Position numbers and translations under genes: made by a program. From an uncultured virus (IMG/VR IMGVR_UViG_3300020042_009962) (lineage: Duplodnaviria > Heunggongvirae > Uroviricota > Caudoviricetes), in IMG/VR virus record IMGVR_UViG_3300020042_009962: a stretch of DNA of 20,000 nt; one strand, written 5' to 3'. The notes beneath the pieces were generated by a model, which worked only from the letters and a program-made list of their open reading frames with translations, ran no database searches and was not told where the DNA came from. This document shows, one piece after another, positions 1-8,249 of the stretch. How positions within the stretch are numbered: the first letter of the stretch is position 1; the number at the start of each line of letters is the position of its first letter.

Positions 1-2
1 AA

Positions 3-1277
3 AGCTTCTTCCCAAAGAAAATTAAGAAAGAAGTAATAGAAGAAGGGTCAAGAGGAACACCTATTCAACCATCAGGAGCTATTCCATCAAAGGATAGAGA
101 AGATTTAATGCACCTCTTTAATCAACTAAGATCAACCATTAATTCAGACAAATATATAGTAGTATTTGAGCAAGATAGAATAGGAGTATACATAAAAACG
201 TATGCAGATGTAAGCTTTGACCAAACACCTCAACAAAAGAGGTTACCAGAAGGAGTAGAGCAAGAAAAATTCGACTATACACCGTACATAGGATCTCTTT
301 TAGAGTATATGTTAGATCAGAAGATGAATATTACACCGTTACCGGAAGTAAAAATCAGATATGACGAAGAACAAGCAAACGATTTCTTCGGTAAAACAGC
401 CTACTATGATCCAAATAAGCAAGAAGTAGTATTATATGTAATGAATAGACATCCAAAAGATGTCTGTAGGTCATTCTCTCATGAGATGATTCATCATATG
501 CAAAATATAGAAGGAAGACTTCAGGGATTAGCAGCTACTACCAATACAAATGAAGACGATTACTTACAGGAAATAGAAAAAGAAGCTTACCTAAAGGGTA
601 ATATTACATTTAGAAACTGGGAAGACGGATTAAAAAATAATAAAGAGGTTATGGCAGAAGGAAGATACGATAAAATTAGTAATCAAGCATCATCAGACTT
701 GTTTAGAGGCTGGAAAGAAGCATTTGATGCAGGAGAAAAGAGTATAGGATTTGAAGAAACTTATTCAAATGGAGATGTAGAATTTGATGTAGAAGGTACT
801 TTAGTGCTAACACCAGGTACAGGTAAGATGGAAGTCTTAGAAAGTACAGGAGCAGGATTTGACGATGATGGAGATTTTATTATAGTAGATATTGCTATTG
901 ATCCAGAACTATTACCAAGCTTTTGGGAAGAGATTTCAATGACTTTAAAAGATCTTTTCAGACATGAAATTGAACACCTAACACACAATAAAGGAGGAGT
1001 ATCTACAAATCCTTCTAAAGTAATGAGAGGTGATTTAGCTAAAAGAGATAAGATAAGAGCAGGAGAAAAACCAATAGGAGATTATTTCAAGCTTAAAAAA
1101 GAAATAGACGCAAACCTACAAGGAATGTACTTTAGAGCTAAGAAAGAAAAAAGACCATTTGCAGATGTTGTAAATAGTTACTTAGATGCTCAAAACATTA
1201 CACCTCAAGAAAGAGAGGAAATACTTATACTATGGCGTAACAGACTTCCTGCACTAGGATTAAAACAAACATTCTAA
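3..1277 (+). CDS. 5'-truncated multidomain protein with two tandem zincin-like (HExxH) metallopeptidase domains
   Basis: The frame stays open from the window edge (SFFPKKIKKEVIEEGSRG...) into the track ORF at 108, so the true start is probably upstream. Motifs: SHEMIHHMQ...EKEAY (HExxH at 480-494) and RHEIEHLTH...EIDAN (963-977), each with a downstream Glu. Confidence 0.7.
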   Translation, partial: SFFPKKIKKEVIEEGSRGTPIQPSGAIPSKDREDLMHLFNQLRSTINSDKYIVVFEQDRIGVYIKTYADVSFDQTPQQKRLPEGVEQEKFDYTPYIGSLLEYMLDQKMNITPLPEVKIRYDEEQANDFFGKTAYYDPNKQEVVLYVMNRHPKDVCRSFSHEMIHHMQNIEGRLQGLAATTNTNEDDYLQEIEKEAYLKGNITFRNWEDGLKNNKEVMAEGRYDKISNQASSDLFRGWKEAFDAGEKSIGFEETYSNGDVEFDVEGTLVLTPGTGKMEVLESTGAGFDDDGDFIIVDIAIDPELLPSFWEEISMTLKDLFRHEIEHLTHNKGGVSTNPSKVMRGDLAKRDKIRAGEKPIGDYFKLKKEIDANLQGMYFRAKKEKRPFADVVNSYLDAQNITPQEREEILILWRNRLPALGLKQTF

Positions 1278-1290
1278 AAATAAAAAGGTT

Positions 1291-1878
1291 ATGGGAAATT
1301 TAATAGACTTATTACTAGAAGAATCAGACTTCATACCAAAATATCAGATATACTGTGATATGGATGGAGTATTAACAGACTTTGAAAAGAGATTTGTTAC
1401 ACTACTACAGCAAGAGGGTCCAAAATACTACTCAAAAGCAACAATTGCTCAAGTAACAAGACCTAAACACTTTGATAAACTAGAAGGAACAGAAGAGTTT
1501 TGGAAGTTTATAGATCAGTACATAGGATTAGAGTTTTGGTCAGAAATGGAATGGATGCCAAATGGTAGAGGGTTATGGAACTTCATACAACCATACGGAC
1601 CAAAGCTACTTACTTCACCGTCTGAAGACAACACCTCAAGACTTGGTAAAAGATTATGGGTAAAAGAAAACCTAGTACCTGCCCCTGAAGTCTTATTTAG
1701 GTTTGGAGATGCTAAGTCGGATTTTGCAAATGAAAATGCTATATTAATAGACGATAAGCCTTCCAACCTCGCTGCATTTTCTGCTAAAGGAGGAATAGCA
1801 ATAGAGGTAAAAGACGGAGAAATACAATCGGTTATTAATAAATTAAAACAACTTGGTTATGGGCGAGAGCTTACTTAA
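1291..1878 (+). CDS. HAD-superfamily 5'(3')-deoxyribonucleotidase (NT5C-like)
   Basis: HAD motif I IYCDMDGVLTDF, motif II LLTSP, conserved K-x-x-W (GKRLWV) and motif IV ILIDD. Confidence 0.85.
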   Translation: MGNLIDLLLEESDFIPKYQIYCDMDGVLTDFEKRFVTLLQQEGPKYYSKATIAQVTRPKHFDKLEGTEEFWKFIDQYIGLEFWSEMEWMPNGRGLWNFIQPYGPKLLTSPSEDNTSRLGKRLWVKENLVPAPEVLFRFGDAKSDFANENAILIDDKPSNLAAFSAKGGIAIEVKDGEIQSVINKLKQLGYGRELT

Positions 1879-2437
1879 AAAAGAATTCAAATCAAAAGAC
1901 GTAAATAGAGCTAGAAATTTAGTTAATAAAGACTTTAGTGCAAAAACTGTAGACGGGATAGGATACTCTAAAGCACAAGCTGCTTATAAAGAAGGAGATA
2001 TCTGGGAAGAAAGTGGAAGAACTTGGACTATTAAAGATGGATTAAGACAAAATATTACAAAATTAGACTCAGCAAAAAAAGCTTTACAAATACCTTTAGC
2101 ATGTCCAAAATGTAAAGGCACTATGAACTATTATCTTAGTCAAAAAATGTATAAGATACATAAAATGTGCTTTGATTGTGTGATTGATTATGAAGCAGAA
2201 TTAAGAAAAGCAGGCCTGTATGAATCATATGAAAAGAATATGATGCAAGGAAGTCTTAAAGCCTTTGCAAGAGATGTTGAACAGTGGGTACTGGATACAT
2301 TAGAGACAACTAATAGCTTTGTAACTGAACAAGGAGACTTAGAAGACTGGAATAGTAATGATTCAAAATTTAAAGAACAATTAAACAGTAATCTTCAAGA
2401 ATACTTAAAGCATATAAAAAGTCATATAGAAGAGTAA
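1859..2437 (+). CDS. Hypothetical protein with a CxxC...CxxC zinc finger
   Basis: CPKC...CFDC. ATG at 1859 preferred over the track's TTG at 1853; overlaps the stop of the preceding gene. Confidence 0.7.
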   Translation: MGESLLKKEFKSKDVNRARNLVNKDFSAKTVDGIGYSKAQAAYKEGDIWEESGRTWTIKDGLRQNITKLDSAKKALQIPLACPKCKGTMNYYLSQKMYKIHKMCFDCVIDYEAELRKAGLYESYEKNMMQGSLKAFARDVEQWVLDTLETTNSFVTEQGDLEDWNSNDSKFKEQLNSNLQEYLKHIKSHIEE

Positions 2438-2451
2438 TAAGTTTTTGTTAC

Positions 2452-2458
2452 TATTTAT
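2452..2458 (+). promoter_or_regulatory. TATTTAT putative late promoter motif
   Basis: Intergenic, 27 nt before ATG 2486; the same motif recurs in eight other intergenic gaps. Confidence 0.55.
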
Positions 2459-2485
2459 TTTTAAACAGTAAATAGTATTTGACTT

Positions 2486-2623
2486 ATGGCAAAAGCAGCA
2501 CAATCCTCAGTTAAAGTAGAGAGACCTAAAGTATCTAGACCTGGAGTTCATGCAAAATCTAAAACTTCAAAATTGAAGAGTTCTAAGAACTATAAAAAAC
2601 TTTATAATGGACAAGGGAAGTAG
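2486..2623 (+). CDS. Small, highly basic 45-aa protein (missing from the ORF track)
   Basis: Translated by hand: MAKAAQSSVKVERPKVSRPGVHAKSKTSKLKSSKNYKKLYNGQGK*. Fills the 2438-2606 gap, follows a TATTTAT motif and ends in Y-x-GQG-K. Confidence 0.75.
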   Translation: MAKAAQSSVKVERPKVSRPGVHAKSKTSKLKSSKNYKKLYNGQGK

Positions 2624-2846
2624 TAAAAAATTAAAACAATTACTACAAGAAGCAGATAACCCTCAAGCAGGTAAAGCAGCACCTTATGGTTCAGGATATG
2701 CAAAGGTAAAACAAGCAATTCATGAACTTGTAAAAGAAGTTCTTTCAGAAAAAGTAAAAGGCGTTGACGGTAAAGCTTGTTGGAAGGGATACAGATATGC
2801 TGGTACTAAAGATGGAAAAGACATCTGTGTAAAAATTACAAAATAA
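2607..2846 (+). CDS. Small hypothetical protein, putative internal head protein
   Basis: KLKQLLQEA and IHELVKEVLSEK segments; C-terminal CWKGY...C module. Confidence 0.65.
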   Translation: MDKGSSKKLKQLLQEADNPQAGKAAPYGSGYAKVKQAIHELVKEVLSEKVKGVDGKACWKGYRYAGTKDGKDICVKITK

Positions 2847-2847
2847 T

Positions 2848-3201
2848 ATGAAGCTACTACAACTATTAAAAGAAGCAAAAGAGGTATTAGAAGACTTCGC
2901 TAAAACCAGAGGAGAAGGTGCAGCTAAAATAGCATCAAATGCTCAAGAAAAAGGAGGACTTGCTTTACTAACCTGGCATCATTTTAAAGTAAAAGCTCCG
3001 TATTATAAAAAAGCTTCTGAAGGAAAGCTTGACATGGAACAAGCAAAGAAAGAGTTTGAAGAGACCTATAAAAAGATCTCTCTAGATATGTCTCAAATTG
3101 AATTTCAAAGAGAGGTAGGAAGACTGGAAGTATTAGGAGAATTGTTAATAAAGAAGAATAATGTCAACACTAAATACATCCATACCCCATTTCTATGCTA
3201 A
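2848..3201 (+). CDS. Hypothetical protein, putative internal head protein
   Basis: Starts MKLLQLLKEA; tightly packed behind the preceding gene. Confidence 0.7.
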   Translation: MKLLQLLKEAKEVLEDFAKTRGEGAAKIASNAQEKGGLALLTWHHFKVKAPYYKKASEGKLDMEQAKKEFEETYKKISLDMSQIEFQREVGRLEVLGELLIKKNNVNTKYIHTPFLC

Positions 3202-3805
3202 GATGAGAATAGAACATCTCTACCAGCATGACGGGAGAGAAGGTATGCAAGATGTAATAGTATTTGGAGCACAATCTGTAGGAGGAAGAGCTCTTACCTT
3301 CCATATAATGACTGATGAAGGAGCTGTTAGATCAAGAGTTCCAATTCATATGCTTGCTTGGAAAGATGATGCACCAAAAATGGCTTTAGACCATTTACAA
3401 TTATGGGATTGTTTTGGACATGAAGTATCATGCACAGTTTACGATTATTTACTCCAATCAAGAGTAAAAGCAATATTTAAAGACGGAAGTAAAGAGTGGG
3501 GTAACTATATCATGACCTTTGATTGGTATAATAATCCATATTCTAACGAACCAACACAATATAAAGCAGCACATCTAATTAAATTAGATAACGGAAACTT
3601 TACTCTTCAACCTAATAATAGATTAATGTGGAGAGATATGTCTTTTGTAACTCAACCATTCCCTGAAAAACCGGATTGGATGATTGATAATAAAGAATGG
3701 TTCTGCGAATCAGTTTCCGATAAATGGACAATGGAAAAAGGTAATGAAAATATTTACTACTACACTTTAGAAAATGAAAAAAAGTCAGATAAGAGAAATA
3801 GTTAA
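3161..3805 (+). CDS. Hypothetical phage protein (aromatic-rich, globular)
   Basis: 214-aa ORF with motifs LQLWDCF and QPNNR; resembles an uncharacterised family I recall from aquatic phages; function unknown. Confidence 0.7.
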   Translation: MSTLNTSIPHFYAKMRIEHLYQHDGREGMQDVIVFGAQSVGGRALTFHIMTDEGAVRSRVPIHMLAWKDDAPKMALDHLQLWDCFGHEVSCTVYDYLLQSRVKAIFKDGSKEWGNYIMTFDWYNNPYSNEPTQYKAAHLIKLDNGNFTLQPNNRLMWRDMSFVTQPFPEKPDWMIDNKEWFCESVSDKWTMEKGNENIYYYTLENEKKSDKRNS

Positions 3806-4319
3806 AGAAGCTATAGAAGAAAGTCTTTGGGATAACATAAATGCTAAGCGAAAAAGTGGTAGAAAACCTGCAAGAAAAGGAAGTAAAGCTTATAAAGCAG
3901 CAGTAGCAGCAGGAAAGAAGTTAATGGAATTAGATGCTTCAACACCTGCTCCTAATGAAATACCAGGAGGACTAGCTCAGCTTTCTACTATCGGAGATCT
4001 AGCTACAATGCATAATCTTCCTCTAGATCAAATTATAAAGCAGATAATAAAAGGAGTTAAAGCAGAGTCAGAACATACAACAGATTTAGATATTGCTATG
4101 GAAATAGCTTTTGATCATGTGTATGAAGATCCTAAATATTACGATAAATTAGCTAATATAGAGGAAGGTAAACACGATCCAGTAGAACCAGGTATTTTAA
4201 AAAAAAGGTTAGGTAAACTTACATGTTCGAAAGTAAGAGCAGCAAAAGCAGGACTAGAGGATAAAGGTACTCACTATGCAAAAGCATTGCAGAGATACTT
4301 AAATTACCACTGTCAGTAA
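3774..4319 (+). CDS. Mosaic hypothetical protein with a DUF5661-like domain
   Basis: GVKAESEHTTDLDIAMEIAFDHVYEDPKYYDKL resembles DUF5661 (G-x-x-x-E-x-EHT...IA-x-DH-x-x-E-x-P-x-YY); leader MKKSQIREIVKEAIEES. Confidence 0.65.
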   Translation: MKKSQIREIVKEAIEESLWDNINAKRKSGRKPARKGSKAYKAAVAAGKKLMELDASTPAPNEIPGGLAQLSTIGDLATMHNLPLDQIIKQIIKGVKAESEHTTDLDIAMEIAFDHVYEDPKYYDKLANIEEGKHDPVEPGILKKRLGKLTCSKVRAAKAGLEDKGTHYAKALQRYLNYHCQ

Positions 4320-4329
4320 GAAAATTACC

Positions 4330-4336
4330 TATTTAT
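4330..4336 (+). promoter_or_regulatory. TATTTAT putative late promoter motif
   Basis: Intergenic, 42 nt before ATG 4379. Confidence 0.5.
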
Positions 4337-4378
4337 TTGTATGTACGAGTAAAAATAACTATCTTTAGATAATATAAT

Positions 4379-5950
4379 ATGAAGAAATTAGTAAGAATAG
4401 TAGAAGCAGGAGAAAAGACAGCATTTATCCAGACTTCAAAAGGTGAGAAGAAAACGATCGAATATAAAAAAGACGATGAACTTACAGGTTTGAAAGATAA
4501 TCAAGATATTGCAAAAATTGATACTGCAGATGGTAAGAGAATAAAAGAAGAAGTAAGAAAATATACTACTCAAGAATCAGCAGCCGTAGGAAAAGTAGTA
4601 GCTAAATCTCTTGTAAAAGTTCTTAGAGCTCAAGGAGATGAAATCTCAAAGTTAAGACTTACAGGAATAGGGGTTGATAAATTTAATATCCACGTTGAAT
4701 ATGGAAATGAAAAAGGAGTAGATACTTTTAAATTTGATCTTAACCCAGAAGGAACTACTATTGTATTAGATTTAGGAAACGAGCCAGTAGAACTAGTAGA
4801 CTTCGTAATAACACAAGGAAATACTGTTTCTATGCCGACTCCTGAACTAGAAGATAAACTAAGTGATGCAATGAAAAAGTATGTAGGAGAACCTACAGAC
4901 ATCGAGTATGACAATATGGCAGCAATGCAAACACCAAGAGATCCTTCACAGTTAAGTAAGAATATTGCAGAAGACGATCACTTAGAGTCAGACGATGAAT
5001 CTTCAATGGCAAAAGCACAATTAAGATCTATTCAATCAAACGCAAGTAAGATGATGGACTTATTAGGAGATGATGATCAATTAGATGCATGGGTTCAATC
5101 TAAACTAACAAAAGCAGAAGATTACCTAGACGCAGTAGCAGGGTATACAGAATCAGAAAAGCACCAAGATCAAGAGACTAGGATAGTTGCATTAGCATTA
5201 AATGAAAAAAAAGCAACGTATTGCGGAAGATGTGGACATACCCATGTTAAAGGAACACCTTGTCCAAGACCTTTTAAAGAAGGCGTAGTAGATGAAAAAT
5301 TAGATGCAGTTGGAAAAGAGGATGACGATATTAATAATGATGGAAAGGTCGATAAGACAGATAAGTACTTAAAAAATAGAAGAAATACTATTTCTAAAAA
5401 AATAACTAAAGAGGAAATAAGAGAGTTAATGCTAGAGGCATACATAGAGGTTCTTAGAGAAGAAGAAGGAGCAGTATTAGAAACATCTACAGATCAAATA
5501 CTAGGGAAATTTCCTACAGTAAAGAAAGCAATAACATCTCTATTCACAAGAGAATATCCAGAATTTGTAACAGATGTAAGATGGGTAGCACCAAAACCTT
5601 CCACATTTGCAGTTGATCTTAAAAACGGTCAATCATTTAATTTAAAATGGATGGGTAAAGGATTTGAAGCACAAATAGAAGGTAAAAAATACTATCTAGA
5701 TACTCTACAAGACTATCAACAAGCTTTAGATAAAATAAACGATATTCTTAAAAACGGGCCAATCTCCCAAGGTGAAGAACCAGGTGGAGAAGAATTCGGA
5801 GCAGATACAGCAGCACCAGCAGGTGGAGGCGGAGGAGATTTTCCAGGCGGAGAAGCCGGAGGAGAACCAGCAGCTGAATTTGGAGCAGAAGAAACACCAG
5901 CAGGTGAAGAAGAAGCAGGAGCAGAACCAGAAACACCAGAAGCACTTTAA
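4379..5950 (+). CDS. Acidic mosaic protein, putative internal head polyprotein
   Basis: 523 aa of distinct modules: helical SMAKAQL...WVQSKL module, CGRCGHTH...C metal-binding motif, EF-hand-like [12 protein letters not shown] loop and a G/E/P/A low-complexity tail. Confidence 0.7.
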   Translation: MKKLVRIVEAGEKTAFIQTSKGEKKTIEYKKDDELTGLKDNQDIAKIDTADGKRIKEEVRKYTTQESAAVGKVVAKSLVKVLRAQGDEISKLRLTGIGVDKFNIHVEYGNEKGVDTFKFDLNPEGTTIVLDLGNEPVELVDFVITQGNTVSMPTPELEDKLSDAMKKYVGEPTDIEYDNMAAMQTPRDPSQLSKNIAEDDHLESDDESSMAKAQLRSIQSNASKMMDLLGDDDQLDAWVQSKLTKAEDYLDAVAGYTESEKHQDQETRIVALALNEKKATYCGRCGHTHVKGTPCPRPFKEGVVDEKLDAVGKEDDDINNDGKVDKTDKYLKNRRNTISKKITKEEIRELMLEAYIEVLREEEGAVLETSTDQILGKFPTVKKAITSLFTREYPEFVTDVRWVAPKPSTFAVDLKNGQSFNLKWMGKGFEAQIEGKKYYLDTLQDYQQALDKINDILKNGPISQGEEPGGEEFGADTAAPAGGGGGDFPGGEAGGEPAAEFGAEETPAGEEEAGAEPETPEAL

Positions 5951-6924
5951 TGAGCGTAGTAAATAAAATAGTTGCAGAATGGGCCTTCCGTTGTAAGAAA
6001 GGATACCCAGATATGAATAATCCTACCGATATGAAAATATTGAAAGAGATCTATTCAGAATATGGCATAGTTTTAGAAGCAGAAAAAGAAGAACAGAGTA
6101 CAGATGGTGGAGTAACTCAAGAAGATCTAGCAGTATTAAGAAGTGCTTTTGAAAACATAAAAGTACCTTATTCAAAATACCTATCTATCTTTAATTATTT
6201 TGATCCAAACTCCTTAGGGACAATCTCAGAAGTACTATTAACAAAACTTCTTAATACCGTAGATAATGTACAAGCTCAACACGTAGGAGGAGCTCAAGGA
6301 CTTGCTGACATAATAATAAACGGGCATCATATCTCATTAAAAACAACTGCAAAGGGAAAACCTATAGGATTAGGTTCAGACGAAGTAAATGTTAGTCCTT
6401 CTGATTCTAAAGAAGTAGTAAATACTTTAAATACACTATATAAAGAAGACCCTACACTAAAAAATCTCACTATAAGCCAACTACAGGGGAAAATACCTGA
6501 CGAAACATACACTAATATTAATAAACGACTATCCTCTATTACTAAAAAAATAGCAGGAGAACTAAATAAAGAGGTTTTTGTATGGGTAGAGAAAGTTTAT
6601 AAGAATAAACTTCTTATGGGAATCATCATACACGTAGTAAAATACGACTACAACAAGTCATTAAATACGTTCTTACAGAGTAGGATATCAGTAACAGAAA
6701 AAGCTTGGGGAGTAGTAGATGAAGCAGGGAAAGCAATAATTAGTGCAGACACCTCAGGCAAACACCTTAATATAACACCGGAATTTGTGTACAGTAGTTC
6801 AAGAGAAACTAATATACCTGTTGATTTAGAAATAAATTTAAAATATTCATCAGAAGAAGTACAGCAAAAAGTCTCAGATAAAGTATTCAAAGCTCTTAAC
6901 ACAATCTACTCTGAACTTTTTTAG
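5950..6924 (+). CDS. Putative PD-(D/E)XK (restriction-endonuclease-like) nuclease with an N-terminal leader domain
   Basis: GTISEVLL...GLADIIINGHHISLKTT gives an E...D-x8-S-x-K arrangement. Start overlaps the upstream stop (TAATG). Confidence 0.5.
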   Translation: MSVVNKIVAEWAFRCKKGYPDMNNPTDMKILKEIYSEYGIVLEAEKEEQSTDGGVTQEDLAVLRSAFENIKVPYSKYLSIFNYFDPNSLGTISEVLLTKLLNTVDNVQAQHVGGAQGLADIIINGHHISLKTTAKGKPIGLGSDEVNVSPSDSKEVVNTLNTLYKEDPTLKNLTISQLQGKIPDETYTNINKRLSSITKKIAGELNKEVFVWVEKVYKNKLLMGIIIHVVKYDYNKSLNTFLQSRISVTEKAWGVVDEAGKAIISADTSGKHLNITPEFVYSSSRETNIPVDLEINLKYSSEEVQQKVSDKVFKALNTIYSELF

Positions 6925-6936
6925 TTAAAAACAAAC

Positions 6937-6944
6937 TATTTATA
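6937..6944 (+). promoter_or_regulatory. TATTTATA putative late promoter motif
   Basis: Intergenic, about 17 nt before ATG 6961. Confidence 0.6.
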
Positions 6945-6960
6945 AACAAAATAAACCACA

Positions 6961-8178
6961 ATGGCAGATAATTTTAACTTAAGAACATTCTTAACAGAGA
7001 ATAAACTTACAAAGAACGCACAAATCCTTAAAGAAGAAATTTCTTTTAACGGAAAACCAGTAAACGTTGGATCAGTTGAGATCGACGGAATAGATACAGA
7101 AGACTACCCAGACTTCGTAGATGCATACATTGCAGCAGCAGAGTATGAAGACGGTACTCCATTAACAGATGAAGAGTTGGTAGATTTTCAAGAAGAAAAT
7201 TACGACTTAGTAAGTCAAATGATTCACGACAATCAACTGTACTTACAGGAAAAGAAAGAAGATGGTATGGAAGAAGCATCTAGCGGGGATATGGCTTATA
7301 CTGAGAAAGTTAAAGAAACTTTAGAGGAAAGTAGATTAACTGCTAAAGAAAGAAGACTTGTTGAGATGGTACAAGATGCTTTAGGTATAGCACCACAGGC
7401 TGTAACAGAAGAAGAAGAGGGTAATACTTTCTATAGAACAGGTGAAGATGACCAAATACCAAACCCACCAGCAGAACTACACATTCCAAAAGAATTGACA
7501 TCTGAAGAAGAGATGGTTCAAGACAAACCTCTTCCAAAATATGAATCAATTGAAGAATTGATGAAAGAGATTGAACACGGAACAAACGAAGCAGCTCATA
7601 AATATAAAATGGATGAGATGAAAAGAGTTTACGAGGCTTTAGAGGCTAAAGTAGGATCTTTAGAAGAAGGAGAGCATGCAGAGCATATCGATCAAAAAGC
7701 TGTTAAGCAAATGCGTAAAGATATTGCAGCATTAAGAAAAGCAGAAGAGAAGTTACGAAAAGAATTTGATAAAAAATTCACAGGTAAAGAAAAAAAGGAA
7801 GCTCCTAAAAAAGAAAAAGAAACAGTAACTTTAGCAGAAAACACAAACACAATGGAAAATTTTAATTTAAAAAAGTTCTTGACAGAGAACAAATTGACTA
7901 CCAACTCTAGAATGTTAAATGAAGAGTTAAAATTTATAGATGCGACTGATCCGGCAAGAAACAAAGGAGGTGACCAACACCTAAAACTTTCAGACTTAGT
8001 ACCAGGAAAAACAGTAATTGCACTTAATAAACATTACAGTAATAAAGCTGAATTAGAAGATGAAGCAGGAACCTTTATAGAAGTAGACGAAAACGATTAC
8101 ATACGTTGGAAAACTAAAGACGGTAAAGAGAAAGTATGGAGATATATTGAGGATATAGCAATAATTAAAAACTTCTAA
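6961..8178 (+). CDS. Acidic coiled-coil mosaic protein with a duplicated leader; possible internal start at 7852
   Basis: MADNFNLRTFLTENKLT at the N-terminus recurs as MENFNLKKFLTENKLT at codon 298; also an EIDGIDTEDYPDFVDAYI module and a long charged helix. Confidence 0.7.
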   Translation: MADNFNLRTFLTENKLTKNAQILKEEISFNGKPVNVGSVEIDGIDTEDYPDFVDAYIAAAEYEDGTPLTDEELVDFQEENYDLVSQMIHDNQLYLQEKKEDGMEEASSGDMAYTEKVKETLEESRLTAKERRLVEMVQDALGIAPQAVTEEEEGNTFYRTGEDDQIPNPPAELHIPKELTSEEEMVQDKPLPKYESIEELMKEIEHGTNEAAHKYKMDEMKRVYEALEAKVGSLEEGEHAEHIDQKAVKQMRKDIAALRKAEEKLRKEFDKKFTGKEKKEAPKKEKETVTLAENTNTMENFNLKKFLTENKLTTNSRMLNEELKFIDATDPARNKGGDQHLKLSDLVPGKTVIALNKHYSNKAELEDEAGTFIEVDENDYIRWKTKDGKEKVWRYIEDIAIIKNF

Positions 8179-8186
8179 AACAAAAC

Positions 8187-8215
8187 AAGCCCACCCTATA
8201 AAGGTGGGTTTTTTT
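8187..8215 (+). terminator. Rho-independent terminator
   Basis: AAGCCCACC-CTATAAA-GGTGGGTTT hairpin followed by a T-run, just after stop 8178. Confidence 0.85.
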
Positions 8216-8224
8216 ATATGTGCA

Positions 8225-8232
8225 TATTTATA
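8225..8232 (+). promoter_or_regulatory. TATTTATA putative late promoter motif
   Basis: Lies between the terminator and the terL ATG (about 18 nt upstream), where a promoter is required. Confidence 0.65.
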
Positions 8233-8249
8233 ATATATAAGTATATAAT

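Noticed and set aside
108..110. ATG 108 as the start of the first gene
   Set aside because: The frame is open to the window edge with protein-like sequence, so the gene probably starts upstream.
5772..5966. Alternative-frame + strand 64-aa Q/K-rich ORF
   Set aside because: It is a frame-shifted reading of the low-complexity GAA/GCA/CCA tail of ORF 4379; no independent start context.
6961..8178. Small terminase subunit, suggested by position upstream of terL
   Set aside because: Too long and acidic, no gp16-like features recognised, and separated from terL by a terminator.
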